NCBI GenBank assembly: GCA_045837725.1
Contig: JBEWZL010000301.1
Coordinates: 1-64,000, forward strand
From: Vermamoeba vermiformis
Taxonomy: Eukaryota
Reading direction: 5' to 3'
Length of the DNA: 64,000 nucleotides
Translations under genes and position numbers: made by a program
The notes under the pieces: model-generated
Seen by the model: only the letters and a program-made list of their open reading frames with translations
Told to the model about the DNA's origin: nothing
The model's database searches: none
Part shown: positions 43,407 to 56,801 of the stretch, one piece after another
Position numbering within the stretch: the first letter of the stretch is position 1
How the letters are laid out: each line of letters begins with the position of its first letter

Positions 43407-45286
43407 ATGGAACGATATGATCCGCTAATACGCGATCTTCTTATTGAGTATCGTGAGATGAGGCCGCTACCAGGTCTGATCCCGAAATACAAAGCATACA
43501 AAGATGTAAATAGCGAACCAATAGATTGGAGTGATATAGAAGTACAAGAGCGCGTGTATAAAGAGGTAATTAGATTCTCTGAACAATTGATCTTACGTTG
43601 ATCGTGTCAGATCTCCGATACTTATTTTTCAGAAAAAAATATATTTATTTGATAGCTATAGATAAATACGTGGGAGTATAATTTTAATTTATATTTAATT
43701 TACTAAATTGTTGGAAGTGAAATTAAGAATTTTTGCAATATTTTACTTGCGTATTTTACGTACGAAAAGCAATGAGGATTATATTAATATTTTTATATCA
43801 TACAAATAGTGCATACATCAAATAGCTCAAAATTTAATTTTGACAGGTGATCTCGCATTCACTTTGCAAAGATTTCCCGCCCTCACGTTCATACACCGCA
43901 AAATTCATTAAAGCTTATTTAGACCAGGCCGATGCTCAACGGAAAGTAGGTTCAATTTATTAAACAGTCAATTAAGGCAATACCATAATATTTCATTTTG
44001 AATAGGAAATTTACGAGGAATTATTTTCGCTGTACATGGATCTGACAAAGTAAGTAGATATATTTAATATACATCATGCTTATTAGTGTTATTATAGAGA
44101 ACCTGAAACGCCTAATCAAGCGTGTCATCGCGCTTATTATGTTAATAATACGTGGGATCCAAACCGAGAGTCAAAAATAGGCGTGACGATTCGATTAACA
44201 CAAAATTGGAATTCAGTGGGCATGACTACATGGCCGGGTATATATATTAATATACAACATTGTTATTCGTCTGTATGTAAGCAGAACGGATCTGACGCAT
44301 TTTGTAACTACAGCCGGATTTTACTTGGCTGAAGTAATTGCAGCCAATCGAAGTAAGTATTTGCCATATTTGGTTACAATTATACTATTGTCGACTAGTT
44401 TTTGAGTATATTCGTTGTAGATCTCTTCGATGGAAAAGTTGTATTGGAACTAGGTGCTGGCGTCGGAATAACAGGTAATATTACTATGGATTGTAAAATA
44501 TATAGTTATATAATTGTAATCAAATAGGAATATTGCTGAAATGGATTACGCAAACGAGATCCATAATTTTGACGGACTACACGAGAGAAATTTTGAACAA
44601 CATGTATTATAATATGCAGATAAGTACGTGTATGATAAACACCGATATATTTATCACCAATTGAAATTTAAATTCATTGCTAGATAACGTTGATGCGAGC
44701 GAATTAAGTCAAGCCAGATCCGAAGATTTTTCTAACGGACGATTGTTCGTGGATGAATTTGATTGGAGTACTTTTGAAATGACTCAATTACCAGTACCCG
44801 TCGATGTCATTATTGCTGCGGATGTCGTAAGTCATGTCTAAGCTAAGGGCTGGCTGTTGTAATGTACTCTTCGACTCAACGATGTCTTGTTAGGTGTACG
44901 ATGAAGATTTAACGGTCAGTCTAGTCGCCACACTTAAGAAATTATTGCAATCTAAAGATAATAACGGCAAGGTACGGTATTGCGTATTTATCTTTCGAAT
45001 ATTTCTTTATTTAGAAATTAGATCTTTTTTGGATCTATCGAACAACGATAGAACAATATCATATAAGTGTATTATTTAATTAAATTATTATTAGAATCCG
45101 TATGCGTTAATTGCACAAACTCCGCGAAGACCACAATCAAAGGAACATTTCATCAAGTCACTCGAGGAGTCGCAACTTGATTGGCAAGACGTTACAAAAG
45201 CGACAAATAAGTTGAATTTATTCGATTTTGATTACACCAATAACAGTGAAGTTACTTTGTTGAAAGTTACTGCGAAAAATTCATAA
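43407..45286 (+). CDS. Protein-lysine methyltransferase, EEF2KMT/FAM86-like
   Basis: FAM86-like N-terminus (FPPSRSYTAKFIK), VGMTTWPA, VLELGAGVGITG, ILTDY and IIAADVVYD. Confidence 0.85.
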
Positions 45287-45522
45287 AAATACTAAGTCAG
45301 AAGCTTTTGTTACCACGGTAGTGTCTTATTATTACGCGTGTATTGTTCTGCGCATTCAATTCTTGCTTTTCAATCAAAACGCGTTTAATGCTGTGCAATT
45401 ACCAAATTAGGAAAGTCGCACGTGGAGGTGCGTAGAAACGAGGGTGAAAAATCCTTATCGTTGACAGAGAGAAAAATCCAATTGAATGGGCACAAACAAC
45501 TGATAGGCTTTTTTATATAAAA

Positions 45523-48500
45523 ATGTATCATTACAAGTACCTTTGGAATAAAGATCGGGTAATCCAAATAGCGTCGGCCAAGTCCCAAAGCGAGCTGATT
45601 GACCTACTTAAAGAGCACTTTACTATAGCCGAGCAAACGTCATCAGTCGTTGAAGCAATGCGGAAGGTAGTAAAAATTTAATTAATAATAAATTCGAGTT
45701 TAATTCGGATAATTCAAATAATAATTTATATATTTATAGGCTTTAGAATTAGGTTATTTCGAGATAGGACAGAATTTAGCAACTTTGTTTCTCCATCTAC
45801 AAAAATCATTCGGCAATCCATTTCCCATAGACTACAATACTGTGCTCGCCTCTCGAAATATATTTTCTTGGCCTTCTTTTATTCGTACGTATTTAGGATT
45901 TAACCGACGTTTAATTAATGAAGATCTCTAATCTGCATCCAGAATATTTTGCGCGCCACAGAGGATCATATTTTTATTCAGTCAATGCTGTGATTCCTTA
46001 TCTACTCGAATCCAATCAGCTAAAATTATCTGATGTGGCTGAACGCCCTATCACTGCGTTCTACGTGACTTTGCTACAAGTTAGAGATCCGGATCAATAT
46101 CCCGAAGCTATTTACAAAATTATGACCAAGGACAATTTAAGCCGATCAGATCGTATAAATATGTTATATTTAATGAAGACATACGCAACATTATCGCTGC
46201 AGCCTTGTGGCCCAGAAAAAGTTGCAGCGCCGATCTATTGCATTTTATTGGCTAAGCAATACTTATTGCCATTTTTTACCGATTTGCCTGGACTAGCACA
46301 ATGTAAGTAACTATTCTAACATTTTAATGAGCAGGAACGATCTTTCAAAAATAGTCGTCGGATCCAAATCCGATTCATTTGGGATTGAAGCAAATCGTTA
46401 TTAATTTTCCAATAATAATAGTAATTGTTTTTGTTAGTATTTTGTTAATCGCATTTTAATAGGTCGTGGACCTGCAGGAGAAAGTTATTTAGAGTTAATA
46501 TTGCAACGTCATCCGTATTTTTCCTACTTGAAACCATTCACCAAAGACGAATTGAAATCCATGCTCGGCGAGATGTAAAAACAATAGGATATTGATAATA
46601 TATATATATATACTGATGTAAACATTAGGCCAAACGTTGTGAACAAATTGATACGATTTCGAGAGTGTTATCTTAGCAACGGTAATATTAACAAATATAC
46701 GATATATCGGTTCATAGTATTAAATATATTTTTTCTGTAGCATTTGTGGCAGCATTGAAAGAATTGCTAGAAGAAGGAAAATTGAATAATAGCGATGTAC
46801 AGGCATTTGCGGATTTATTCGATTTAACTCTCGGAGCGAGATTTGTTTATCGGTACAGCGGAAAATTAGAATATACAAGCATTATAAATGAGTACGAAGA
46901 AGTACGGCAAAGTAAGTCATTGAATTATTACGAAAAAATTAATTTGGAATATCTTTATTGGATTATAATAAGCCATAATAATAAGACTATTGAATATAAT
47001 TTCTGACTGATGTGTAATGTAGGCTATTATCGATCGAAAGAAAAGCTGGATTGTATTGGCGAAACATCATTTCCGTTCGAAGAATTGCCTTTGGAAATCA
47101 TCAAGTTAATTTGCGAAGAATTGAATTCGCAGGACTTTTTCGGGTTATTTGCAGCGTCGAAGTATTTGCAGAAGTGTCTTGGCAGAATTGACGACAGATT
47201 TTATCAGCAAATGATGCAAAAACGGTTCATGAACGCGTTTTGCTCGTTAAATACGTCTGCAAATAAGGTTAACTGGAGACATCAATTCGGCGTTCATTCA
47301 AGGTACATAATTATATTATTTACTATGTAGCTAATTCTTGCTTTACTATTAATGTTTTTTTTCGACGGATCTGCTTAGATTGTAATTTGGTCTAATTTTT
47401 TGCTAGGAGGGCATATCGTTGGAACACTTGCTCAGAGCCGAAACAAATCGTCCTAAAGCCGGAATTCAGAACAGAAAATTTTGACAGGGCCATTTCATTC
47501 GATGAAAATTGGTTGTTAATTCGAATTGGGTACTGCGCAACAGGTCTATGGAACACTCACGATCAGAAAATGTATACGAAAAGGCATGCATTACTTGCGG
47601 GAGATGTCAGCTATGGCGTTTTGGAATCGCCCGAAATTCAATTCCCGACGGTAGTTGCGCTGGGCTACAGGTGCTCAAAAGTTATTCGATACAAGGACGA
47701 TGAAGTTGCAATAACGCAGCTTAAAAAAGAATGGAGCAGTTATTATGTAGCTGCTATATCTAGCAACAGATTTATAACCGGGTTTGGTATGTGTTTGGTA
47801 GTTAATTTTAATACGTATTTTATTCTCGATTTCAGTTATAGTGCCCAACCAATTTTTTTCTATTAGCTTTTAGTAACGTAATATTACGCATTGTAATGTT
47901 AGGACAGTTAAATTAGGAAAAAAATTGCGAAAATTCGTTTAAAATTTTCATTTTCAAAGTAAACGAGGTACAACGGCGCAAATGTTTATATTTTAATTAA
48001 TTAATTAGAGCCAGAAGTATACGACGTCGAATCCGATCAAGTTGTACTAAAAGCGGACAAACTTAAGAAAGTCGTATGTGCAGCTCACAACAAATCGAAT
48101 CAACTGACCATTTTGGCGACACCTATTGATGATTATGATCAACAATCTAATAGCAGAACTGACAATATATACGTGGTCGATAAGAACTTTCAAATAACAC
48201 ATGCGCTCAAAACTAAACAGACTGGTACTCATGGAAGGATCACTTGGCTTGATGAAACGATGTTTTTATTGCAAGAATACGATTCATACAAAATTTGCGA
48301 TCTCAGAATGTCCCGAGATTTCGTTCATGAAAACAGCGGCAATGGAAATTTCAGTTACAAACCGATTTTTGTCACTCCGAGCAAATATTTGCAGTATTGG
48401 AATACTGGAAGTACTACGGGCTACAATATTATGATGACAAATCAACTTAAAAAATTAGGCTGTGTTTGGAACTTAAATGATGGGACATGGAGCAATGTTA

Positions 48501-48601
48501 TTGTGCTGCCTGATAATTGGAAAGGACAGCCGATCTGCAACTCGAGATACGCTGCTTCCGTGAATACTTCGGAGATATGCTTGCTAGATTTTGGCGCGTA
48601 A
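45523..48601 (+). CDS. Multi-exon protein with an internal F-box and a probable beta-propeller-like C-terminus; model approximate
   Basis: FEELPLEIIKLICEELNSQDFFGLFAASKYLQ F-box near 47070. ORF pieces are linked by GT-AG introns and end in ICLLDFGA. Confidence 0.68.
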
Positions 48602-48740
48602 TTGCAAACAAATCCATCAACGCAAATAAACCTCAAAATAAAGCTTTAGGTTTGTTTACTATTGATCCGATTCGTTGATTTAACACGACGCAACAGATCC
48701 GAGGTGGTTAAGTTTAATTTTTATTATTATGGCCACAAGA

Positions 48741-50511
48741 TCAGTTTCCCCAATCTGAACGATATTCAAAGCTCGATGCGTACGGATCGCCGATAAAAGT
48801 GCATCGGAAAGGTAATTTATGCTTAGCATCCTTATTGTATCGGCCCATATACTGTAATTCAATCAATTGTGTTAATTTTGCAACCGCGTCAAGCATATTG
48901 GTTGGAAGTTCGTTCAGGGTAAGGTTAGCCAGATTCGGAAGCCGTTGTAACTCTAAGACGAACTCTAAACCGAACAATAAGATTTTTTATACCAATAATT
49001 ATTATCTTTATATTATTACCTGTTGATATTTTGCCGAAGATGGTCAGAAAAGTCAGCTTTGTGAGACGCGAGATCCAACGGCGCCAGAAAATTGGATTAT
49101 AACTCTCGGTCGGATGGTGGGACAGTTGAAGCTGTGTTAAGTTATTCAAATAGCATATCTCCTTGATATTTTCCTCACTTAAAGCAAACGACGAGGTCAA
49201 AAGTTCGTCTAAGTTCGGAGGTAAATTTGACATCCGGAATGCTTTGTTTGGATGCAGCTCCAATCCTGTTAACTTTTTGAACCCTGAAAAATCAGCCTCT
49301 TTAATTTCCAATCCAATTATTAGATTTGATAGGTTCGTTAAGCGCGTCAAACGTCCTAGGACTAGATCGTCATTTTGTTGCCAGCAGCTGATTTTCAACG
49401 CTGTTAAGTTTGATAATTGTCCTATTAATGGAATCGCCGTTGATAAATCTTGTTCAAAGCTTGGATAAAGGCAGAAATTTGCTAATTTTGGTAAGTTTTG
49501 AAGTGCTGTCAGATCCACAGTAAAGCCGCAGCATTCCAGTGTCTCCAAATTACGCAAATTTTCCATATTTGGGAATGAACCGTGATGGTTTACACAGAAT
49601 GAGGTCAGTTGAGGTAGCGTCATTGCTGATGAAAATGTTTCTGCATCTTGTGCGTCACTTTGACGGATCTCCAAATGCTTCAATTGCGTTAATAGCCCCA
49701 AGCCAACCACTAAAATGACAAATATCGTTAATATACTACCTTTGAATTTTTTTTAAGGCTGGTTGAAATTAAATCCGCGGATAGAAACTGATCTTTTAGT
49801 ACGTACTCTTTCGACTAGCCTTGATACTTAAGGATGATAAACGCGTATGAGCGCGGAAATATTGATCGACATTGAGGACCTCGTCAGTATCCTCAGCTGG
49901 ATCTGTGTTCTGCACCCATGATAAACGGTGAAGCTGGGTTAATGAAGATACCAACCCAAATATTGTAGTATGTACGTATTGGTATTCGGGATCCAATTCA
50001 TCGTATTCAGGAATATAAATATCGATGCTAAAGTTCTGCAGATTCGTTGCAAGTTTTAGGGAGGAAATGTTTTGCGTCAGATCGCGGATATTCTCGCTTT
50101 CTTTTAGCACCACCTCTTTTGGTACTTGGTATTCATATGGAGAATAATAGAATCCCAATGAACGGAGTTGTGACAGATCTCGTGACAAGATGAACAAAAG
50201 TGACTTGACGGGCCAAGTTCCCTCGGTATCAGTCGTCACGTCTTGCACAAAATTCCAAGTAATATCGGTCATATTTTTTGTGGTAGCACCGAATCTAACC
50301 AATAGTAAAACGTTAGCAATGTAATTAATGACACTAAAACAAAAATTAATTCTTATTCGCCAAGGGCTAAAATTATACGATTATAAAGATATGAATAAAT
50401 ATAATATGCGCAAAATATTGAATTTAATTACCTAACAATTTCAGGCAGAGTTAAATACCGCCAAATAGATCGCAAAACGTCTACAGGCAGATCTAGCAGT
50501 GCGCAACTCAT
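48741..50511 (-). CDS. F-box/leucine-rich repeat protein
   Basis: LLDLPVDVLRSIWRYL F-box start, followed by repeated LxxLxxL units (LTQLKHLEI, LRNLETLE, LSNLTALKI). Confidence 0.88.
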
Positions 50512-51303
50512 TTTCCGTAAAAATATAATGTGGTAACAGAATCAAGTGCTAACCATTGAGGTATGTAAATGAAAATAACTTCAAGAAACTGTGATCGTTT
50601 GCGGTCCCGTCCTGTTGTGGACCCCTGTTGTTGAAAACACGTTTTTTTTTTAAATTCTGATAATACCACATAACACCTATCATTATAATGCTTGCAGAGG
50701 TTATTAACCGAGATTGGTCGAATTATCAGCCCAACACAAGTTGATCCTGTGTGGTGCTGATGGGTTTACAACTGGTATCAATATCGATGCGATTATAATT
50801 GCACTAATTAATTACCAATAATTTATTCATTGTTACCAATAATTTGAAGATCTGCGAGACTTTTGGATTAAAAAATATTCCATCAGATAATTTCTTCAGG
50901 GCAATAGCGAGCCGAAGCGAGGAAAAAATAAGAGGATTGAAGGTAAAATAATTATTAGATATTAGCAAAATTCTAATCCTTGGTACTAGTTGTACAAGCT
51001 AAATCTAAATCTGGATTGAATCTGTGTACGTCAAAACTAGAATATTTTTTTTCTTTAGAAGACATAGCTAGGCAAGCTGGCCACGCAAGCACATCTAATT
51101 TGTAATTGCATTTAGACCTTTTTTCGCTTTATGGCGAGCTTGTGGTTCGTTCTTGCATTCAAAATGGCACATTACATTGATACATCACAAGTAGTACAGT
51201 TGTTTGTGGATGCACGTGTATGTACACGTGACGTTTATACTTATTAAGTTAAATTCGAGATTTTATTTAGAGACAGTCTTTAGTCTTTTTCGAACGAATC
51301 ACA

Positions 51304-53009
51304 ATGCAACGCTTTGTTTTAAGTTTGCTTGTACTATTAGTGGCGAAAACCTTCGCTATTCCTAACAAATGCATCCCCTTCACTAAGGATGCTACGTCTA
51401 CGAGTAGCCCAGACGGATTTCCGATCACCTTCTTCTTTGGCATTCCAGACGACCAGAAAAACACAGGCGTAGGTGCATACAAAATAACTAGCTTTTTTCT
51501 TAATTTAAATTCGTATTAGGAGACAGTTTACGGGGTGCCTCTAACGTTTGGTTCGGGGGTCACTTGCTGCGGAAATAGCAAGTGGAACACCGACCTTTAT
51601 CTAGACCCGGACCTTTATATGGAAGATACATACTACGATTATTTTTTGTCTTTGGAGATCAACAGTACGTAACGAGTGGATTTGACGAAAAAAACCTAAT
51701 TTTTTTATATAGGCGCCCCTCTAATGGGTGGAAAAAACTTCACGACGTATGCTCTAGACTACGTTCGCACTGCAAGTTTTACCTGCTCGAACAATAACCA
51801 AACTATCACGTGGGGTCCTGCGTATCCAGACTTCCGATCCGAGGATGTTGGCAACACTCGAGCTCAGTTCCCTCATCTTGAAACCTACGTGCAAATTAGC
51901 GCTCCTAATAGTAAGTATAAATAAACAAAGATTTCGGTTCTGAAATTTATTTTTTTAGCTACGAGCTACATCCGCTACATTGCCTTCATTACCAACAAGA
52001 GCGCCAAAGAAGAGCGATTGAACCTTAACGCTGCTAATAGGCAGAACTATGGGGTCATAGATTATCCTCCTTTCAACGATGGTCGTTACGTTGCTTCGTA
52101 CGTACAAACATATTTCCAAGTTTGGTAATGCTAAATCCGCTTTTAATGCGCTAGTTATCCGTGGCTTGACTCAGACCCTGGTGAAAACCCTGATATTAAA
52201 GCTAATTTCGCGGGTTCACTTACTTCCATTCACGCTCGTGGTATGTTCTAGAAGTAGCCACCAACCAGATCTGCTAATAAATCTTAATAGGACCCAACGC
52301 GCGAGACAAACGATTTGAAACTTTCACCGATGACTTGTGCACTAGATCTGGACTCTTTTATGCCGGTGAGATTGCTGCAGGAGAAACCAAAGCGGTCATG
52401 ATGGTATACTCGTTTTCGAAAAATAAGACTGCCATGCTTGAACGAGCGGCGTGGGTCGACTACGAGCCAGCAGAACTGTTCCACGGATTGACAGCCGATC
52501 AACTTGCTCAAATTGCGAACTGGGGTGCATGTCAAGCAGTGTTGGGTCCTGATGTGCAAGTCACCGTCACTCCTCCTCCATCGTGCTCCAATGGCCTCAC
52601 ATCAGATTTCACTGTCCAAGTCACCACGACTAGAAGTACGTACTCATATTGTTATCGTTGCTCGCACTCGTCTGATCGTTACTAATTGACATTTTCAGAC
52701 GACTTAGCTGATGGGTTCCAACATCGTGTTGTCCTCACGCAAGCAGGCAATGACATCGAAATCGTTCCTGTACAATCAGAGGCGACACTCGCAGTGCTGA
52801 ACGACTTTGGTCAAGTCAAACATCAGTTGTGGTACAAAGGCTGTCTGGTCACAGAGACACCGTTCACTGCGTGTGTCAAGACTGCTCCTTCGCCTCAAGC
52901 CACACCTGTCACTCAAACTCCCACAGGCAAAACTAGCACCAGTACGTTAGTCCAAGCGAGCACTTCGCTATTTGCATTGTCCGTTCTTCTTCTCCAAACA
53001 TCAACAACA
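51304..53009 (+). CDS. Secreted/surface protein, tandem copy A; no stop codon before copy B
   Basis: Signal MQRFVLSLLVLLVAKTFA, CSNNNQT..WGPAYPD, HLETY.Q.SAP, then a Thr/Pro stalk and a GPI-like hydrophobic end. Confidence 0.75.
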
Positions 53010-54734
53010 ATGCGCTTGTGCGTGTTTGTGACGGCCTTGTTAGTCTCGAACGCAGTCGCTACTCCAAATGTCTGCTACTCGTTCACTAAAGACATGACCA
53101 CCAACGAATTCAACGCTGCTTACCCCGTTGAATTTTATTTCGGAGAAAATGACAATCCCGCAAACAACGGCGTACGTATTAGACAAATCAAACTTGATCG
53201 CCTAATATTTTTACTTATCATAATAATAATACAGGAGCCTTTATACTATGTCCCTATGTACTGGGACTGGTACCTGAATGTTGGTACTTGGAATTCGCAT
53301 TTTTATTTCGTCGTGGAAGAAGTTATGCGTGCATTCTTTGACTCCCTCTCCCCAGTCATGATCAATTGTACGTAAAGCAATGCTATTAGTCATATTCATA
53401 GGTACTATATTAATCGCTATTTAGCTGTTCCTGTCAACGGTGGTTTCAATTGGACAACAGATCCGGCAACTTATGTTCGAACCGCAAATTTTGAATGTTC
53501 GAATAACAATCAGACGTTCATGTGGGGCCCTGCTTATCCTGATATGAGATTAGCTGATAACAAAATTCGTTCTCAATATCAACATCTTGAGACGTACATT
53601 CAAGTCAGTGCGCCACAAAGTACGTATTTTTAAAATACTGGTGAAAATCCATAATTTTGAAATTTCCTTATTAGGTTTGTTTTTATTTATTGTAATAGTA
53701 CGGCTCAACAGTTACGAAGCTCGCGAGCTTAACTAAACTTTTTTGTTAGGTTCAAGTTACATTCGCTACGTAATTTTTGTTACCAACAAGAGCGATAAAC
53801 CGGAGAAATTACGTGTCCAAGTGATGAATTATGCGAACAACGGCTTTGTGGACATATCGCCGCTAAACAAAGGCAGATACATTGCCAGGTACAGTCAGCT
53901 TAGTAATCTTATGACCTCTTAATCTTATTTATCGTTCAAGCTATCCTTGGTTGGACAGTGATCCAGGACAGAATCCAGCCGAAAAAGCAAATTATGTGGG
54001 CGCAGTCATTACTTCCACTCACGCAAGAGGTAGATTTCATAAAGCGGACGATAATTATAAAAATAATTTATTTATTTATTTATTTTATTTTTTTTGTTTA
54101 AAGCTTCATTATTTATTTATTTTTGAAGGTCCTAACGCACGCAACACTGGCATGCAAATACGCACCGATAATACCTGCAACATGATTGGTGCGGGATCCA
54201 ACGATTTGATCGCCGCAGGTGAAACAATGGCATTCATGATCGTCTATTCGTTTTCTCCGAACAAAACGCGCATGCTTGAACGAGCGGCGTGGGTCGATCA
54301 GCGAGCCAGCAGAACTGTTCCACGGATTGACAGCCGATCAACTCGCTCAAATCGTGAACTGGGGTGCATGTCAAGCAGTGTTGGGTCCTGATGTGCAAGT
54401 CACCGTCACTCCTCCTCCATCGTGCTCCAATGGCCTCACATCAGATTTCACTGTCCAAGTCACCACGACTAGAAGTACGTACTCATATTGTTATCGTTGC
54501 TATTTATTCAGACTGTTATGTTACTCATTCCAACTCTTATTCTTTTTAGCTGACTTTACAGCTGCCTTCACGCATCGTGTGATCAACGGAGTCATTCCGA
54601 TCGAAGTCGTTGCTGCACAATCATCGGCGACGTTGAGTGTTGCAAATGATGCAGGACCAATGTTGCATCAGTTGTGGTACAATGGCTGCTTGATCAAAGA
54701 GACCGCGTTCAATGCCTGTTCGACTGGTAATTAA
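53010..54734 (+). CDS. Secreted protein, tandem paralog copy B; apparent +1 frameshift near 54300 (pseudogene or assembly error)
   Basis: Own signal peptide MRLCVFVTALLVSNAVA, and the same motifs and a similar exon layout as copy A. It reads gtcgatcagcgagcca where copy A has gtcgactacgagcca. Confidence 0.7.
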
Positions 54735-54820
54735 ACTTTTTTTTGGTTAGATCTGGCGAAATATCATAATATTTACATGAGTTTATTGTTAAATATGATA
54801 CATTAGTCTTATTAAATTGG

Positions 54821-56456
54821 TTATTTAAGACCTTTTTTCTCCGCTTGTTTCTGTTTAATTTCGTCGTTAAATAATTTGACCCACTCTTGCCGATCCGCAT
54901 CTTCATCCGTGCCTAATTCGTAAGTATAGCCATTGTGCTTAATATAGAACCCGTAGTGTCTAAATATAGCCATATTAGTAAAAGAATGGCAGATAATTTT
55001 TCCTAATTTGAATATTTTTCGTTAACGAGAGTCATAGTTTTAAAAATATTTCCTGATTTAGGAATGAAATAAATTAATGCAATTATTACCTCGATAATAA
55101 TGACATTGTCGTTGATGCGACAGCATCGGCACTCAAATCAACGATGGCAAACGGAACCGAATCATTTTTGACCTTATAAATCCTTGCATAAATTACAATA
55201 TTAGATAATATTACTAAATAAGGAAATAATAGAGTTATTTTAAACATTTACCTTAATTTGCGTTGCCGCCAAACAGCCCACATGAGAAACCAACTGCTTA
55301 CTAACGCACCTTTTTCTTTTTCTTTGATCCAAATAGCTCCTTCCTATTCAAAAATACATATTTAAATATTTTCATACAGAATTATTATAATTTTTAAGGC
55401 CAGCAGAAAATTAAAACCGAGATCCGATCTCAAAATCGCTAGGTGATAATTCAAATTAGGCTAATTCAACTATAACCATAGTATGTATTATTAAATAATA
55501 ATCGATCCTACTCGTAATTTGATTCGGAATATAATCAATTTGGATCTTGCTCCAGCACGTACCTTTAATATTTGCAATAATTCTTTTCTGTAACGTTCTT
55601 TCCAACTCGGTCCTTTTTTAACATTATGTTGACTATGTTGGAATATCGATCCAAATAAGGAAGGATGTTCCGCTGATGGGTGCGCAGTCTCGTTTGAATT
55701 GTTTAGCTGATCTCCATTATTATTTTTTGATAATACTGTCATTTGCATCTCTTTGGGTTTTTTCGCGTCAGGATTATTGCCACGTGATATTTGTGGACTA
55801 TAAGTAACGTTGTTGCCAAATTTAGCTTCGTACAATGGCCGCCAGATCCGGTCGTTTTCGGAAACGTAGTAGAAAAAATGAGAGACTTGCGCTATACGTC
55901 CTAATATCTTCAAATCTACCCTCGATAATATGACGAGCCACAGATCCGGCATTTTGAAATATTTGTAGGCTTCTCTGACTCTAGTCGCTTCCTCGATCTG
56001 CATCCAGATTTAGTACGCTTAGTTGCATGCAGTGATTTACTTGTAAATTTAATAAATAAAATGAGGCTATTAATATCGTTCAAGAATCAAACAGTCGAAG
56101 TACCGATCGCAACGCAAAATTGAAATTTGAAATTAAAATAATAAGACTAATTATTACACAACATAAAAATTATTTTAAGTGATAGTTATATCGGATCATA
56201 AAAGGGATACCGCGAAATAAATAAATATAAAAAATAATTAAATGTAATTTTTTGAACTTACTTGCTGTTGCTTGGTTTGTGCAGCGGGATGTGCTATCAT
56301 CGCTAATAATGCATCTTTAGGAAATTTTTGCATAACATCTTCGTGTACGTGAGCATAGAACTGATGCAAGTGTTCGAAGAGAGATACATCTCGTGACTTG
56401 CGCAGTGCATCAGCATCGGCTTGCGTTGTTTCGTTGTCTTGGTATATATCCTCCAT
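54821..56456 (-). CDS. F-box protein with a C-terminal PH-like domain
   Basis: MPDLWLVILSRVDLKILGRIAQVSHFFY..DRIWRPLY F-box. PH-like EGAIWIKE..SWFLMWAVW..YELGTDEDADRQEWVKLF. Confidence 0.8.
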
Positions 56457-56801
56457 AATGTACTAATTATGTAATTGCATGTTCACCAGATCGCTGACAA
56501 AATAAAAATGACCGGTCAGGTTGATCAGAAAACTTTCAGACCTACGTGAACTGATCAAAAACAAGGTACTTAGTAACTTGATCGTAATATTGAGTAGCCT
56601 CCTGGTGCACAAACGGAACAAGGGTCATTTGAAAGTAAAAGTCGAGTTTTCGGTCTAATTTCTTGCAAAACTGGGTTGATTTCATTTGCTTATTTTTTTA
56701 ACCACTTGTAGATAGATAGCAAACAACTGTTCTTTACTGTATATTTGTATATATTTATTCGTATTGATTGTACATAACAGAATCAATTTTATTTATTTGA
56801 A

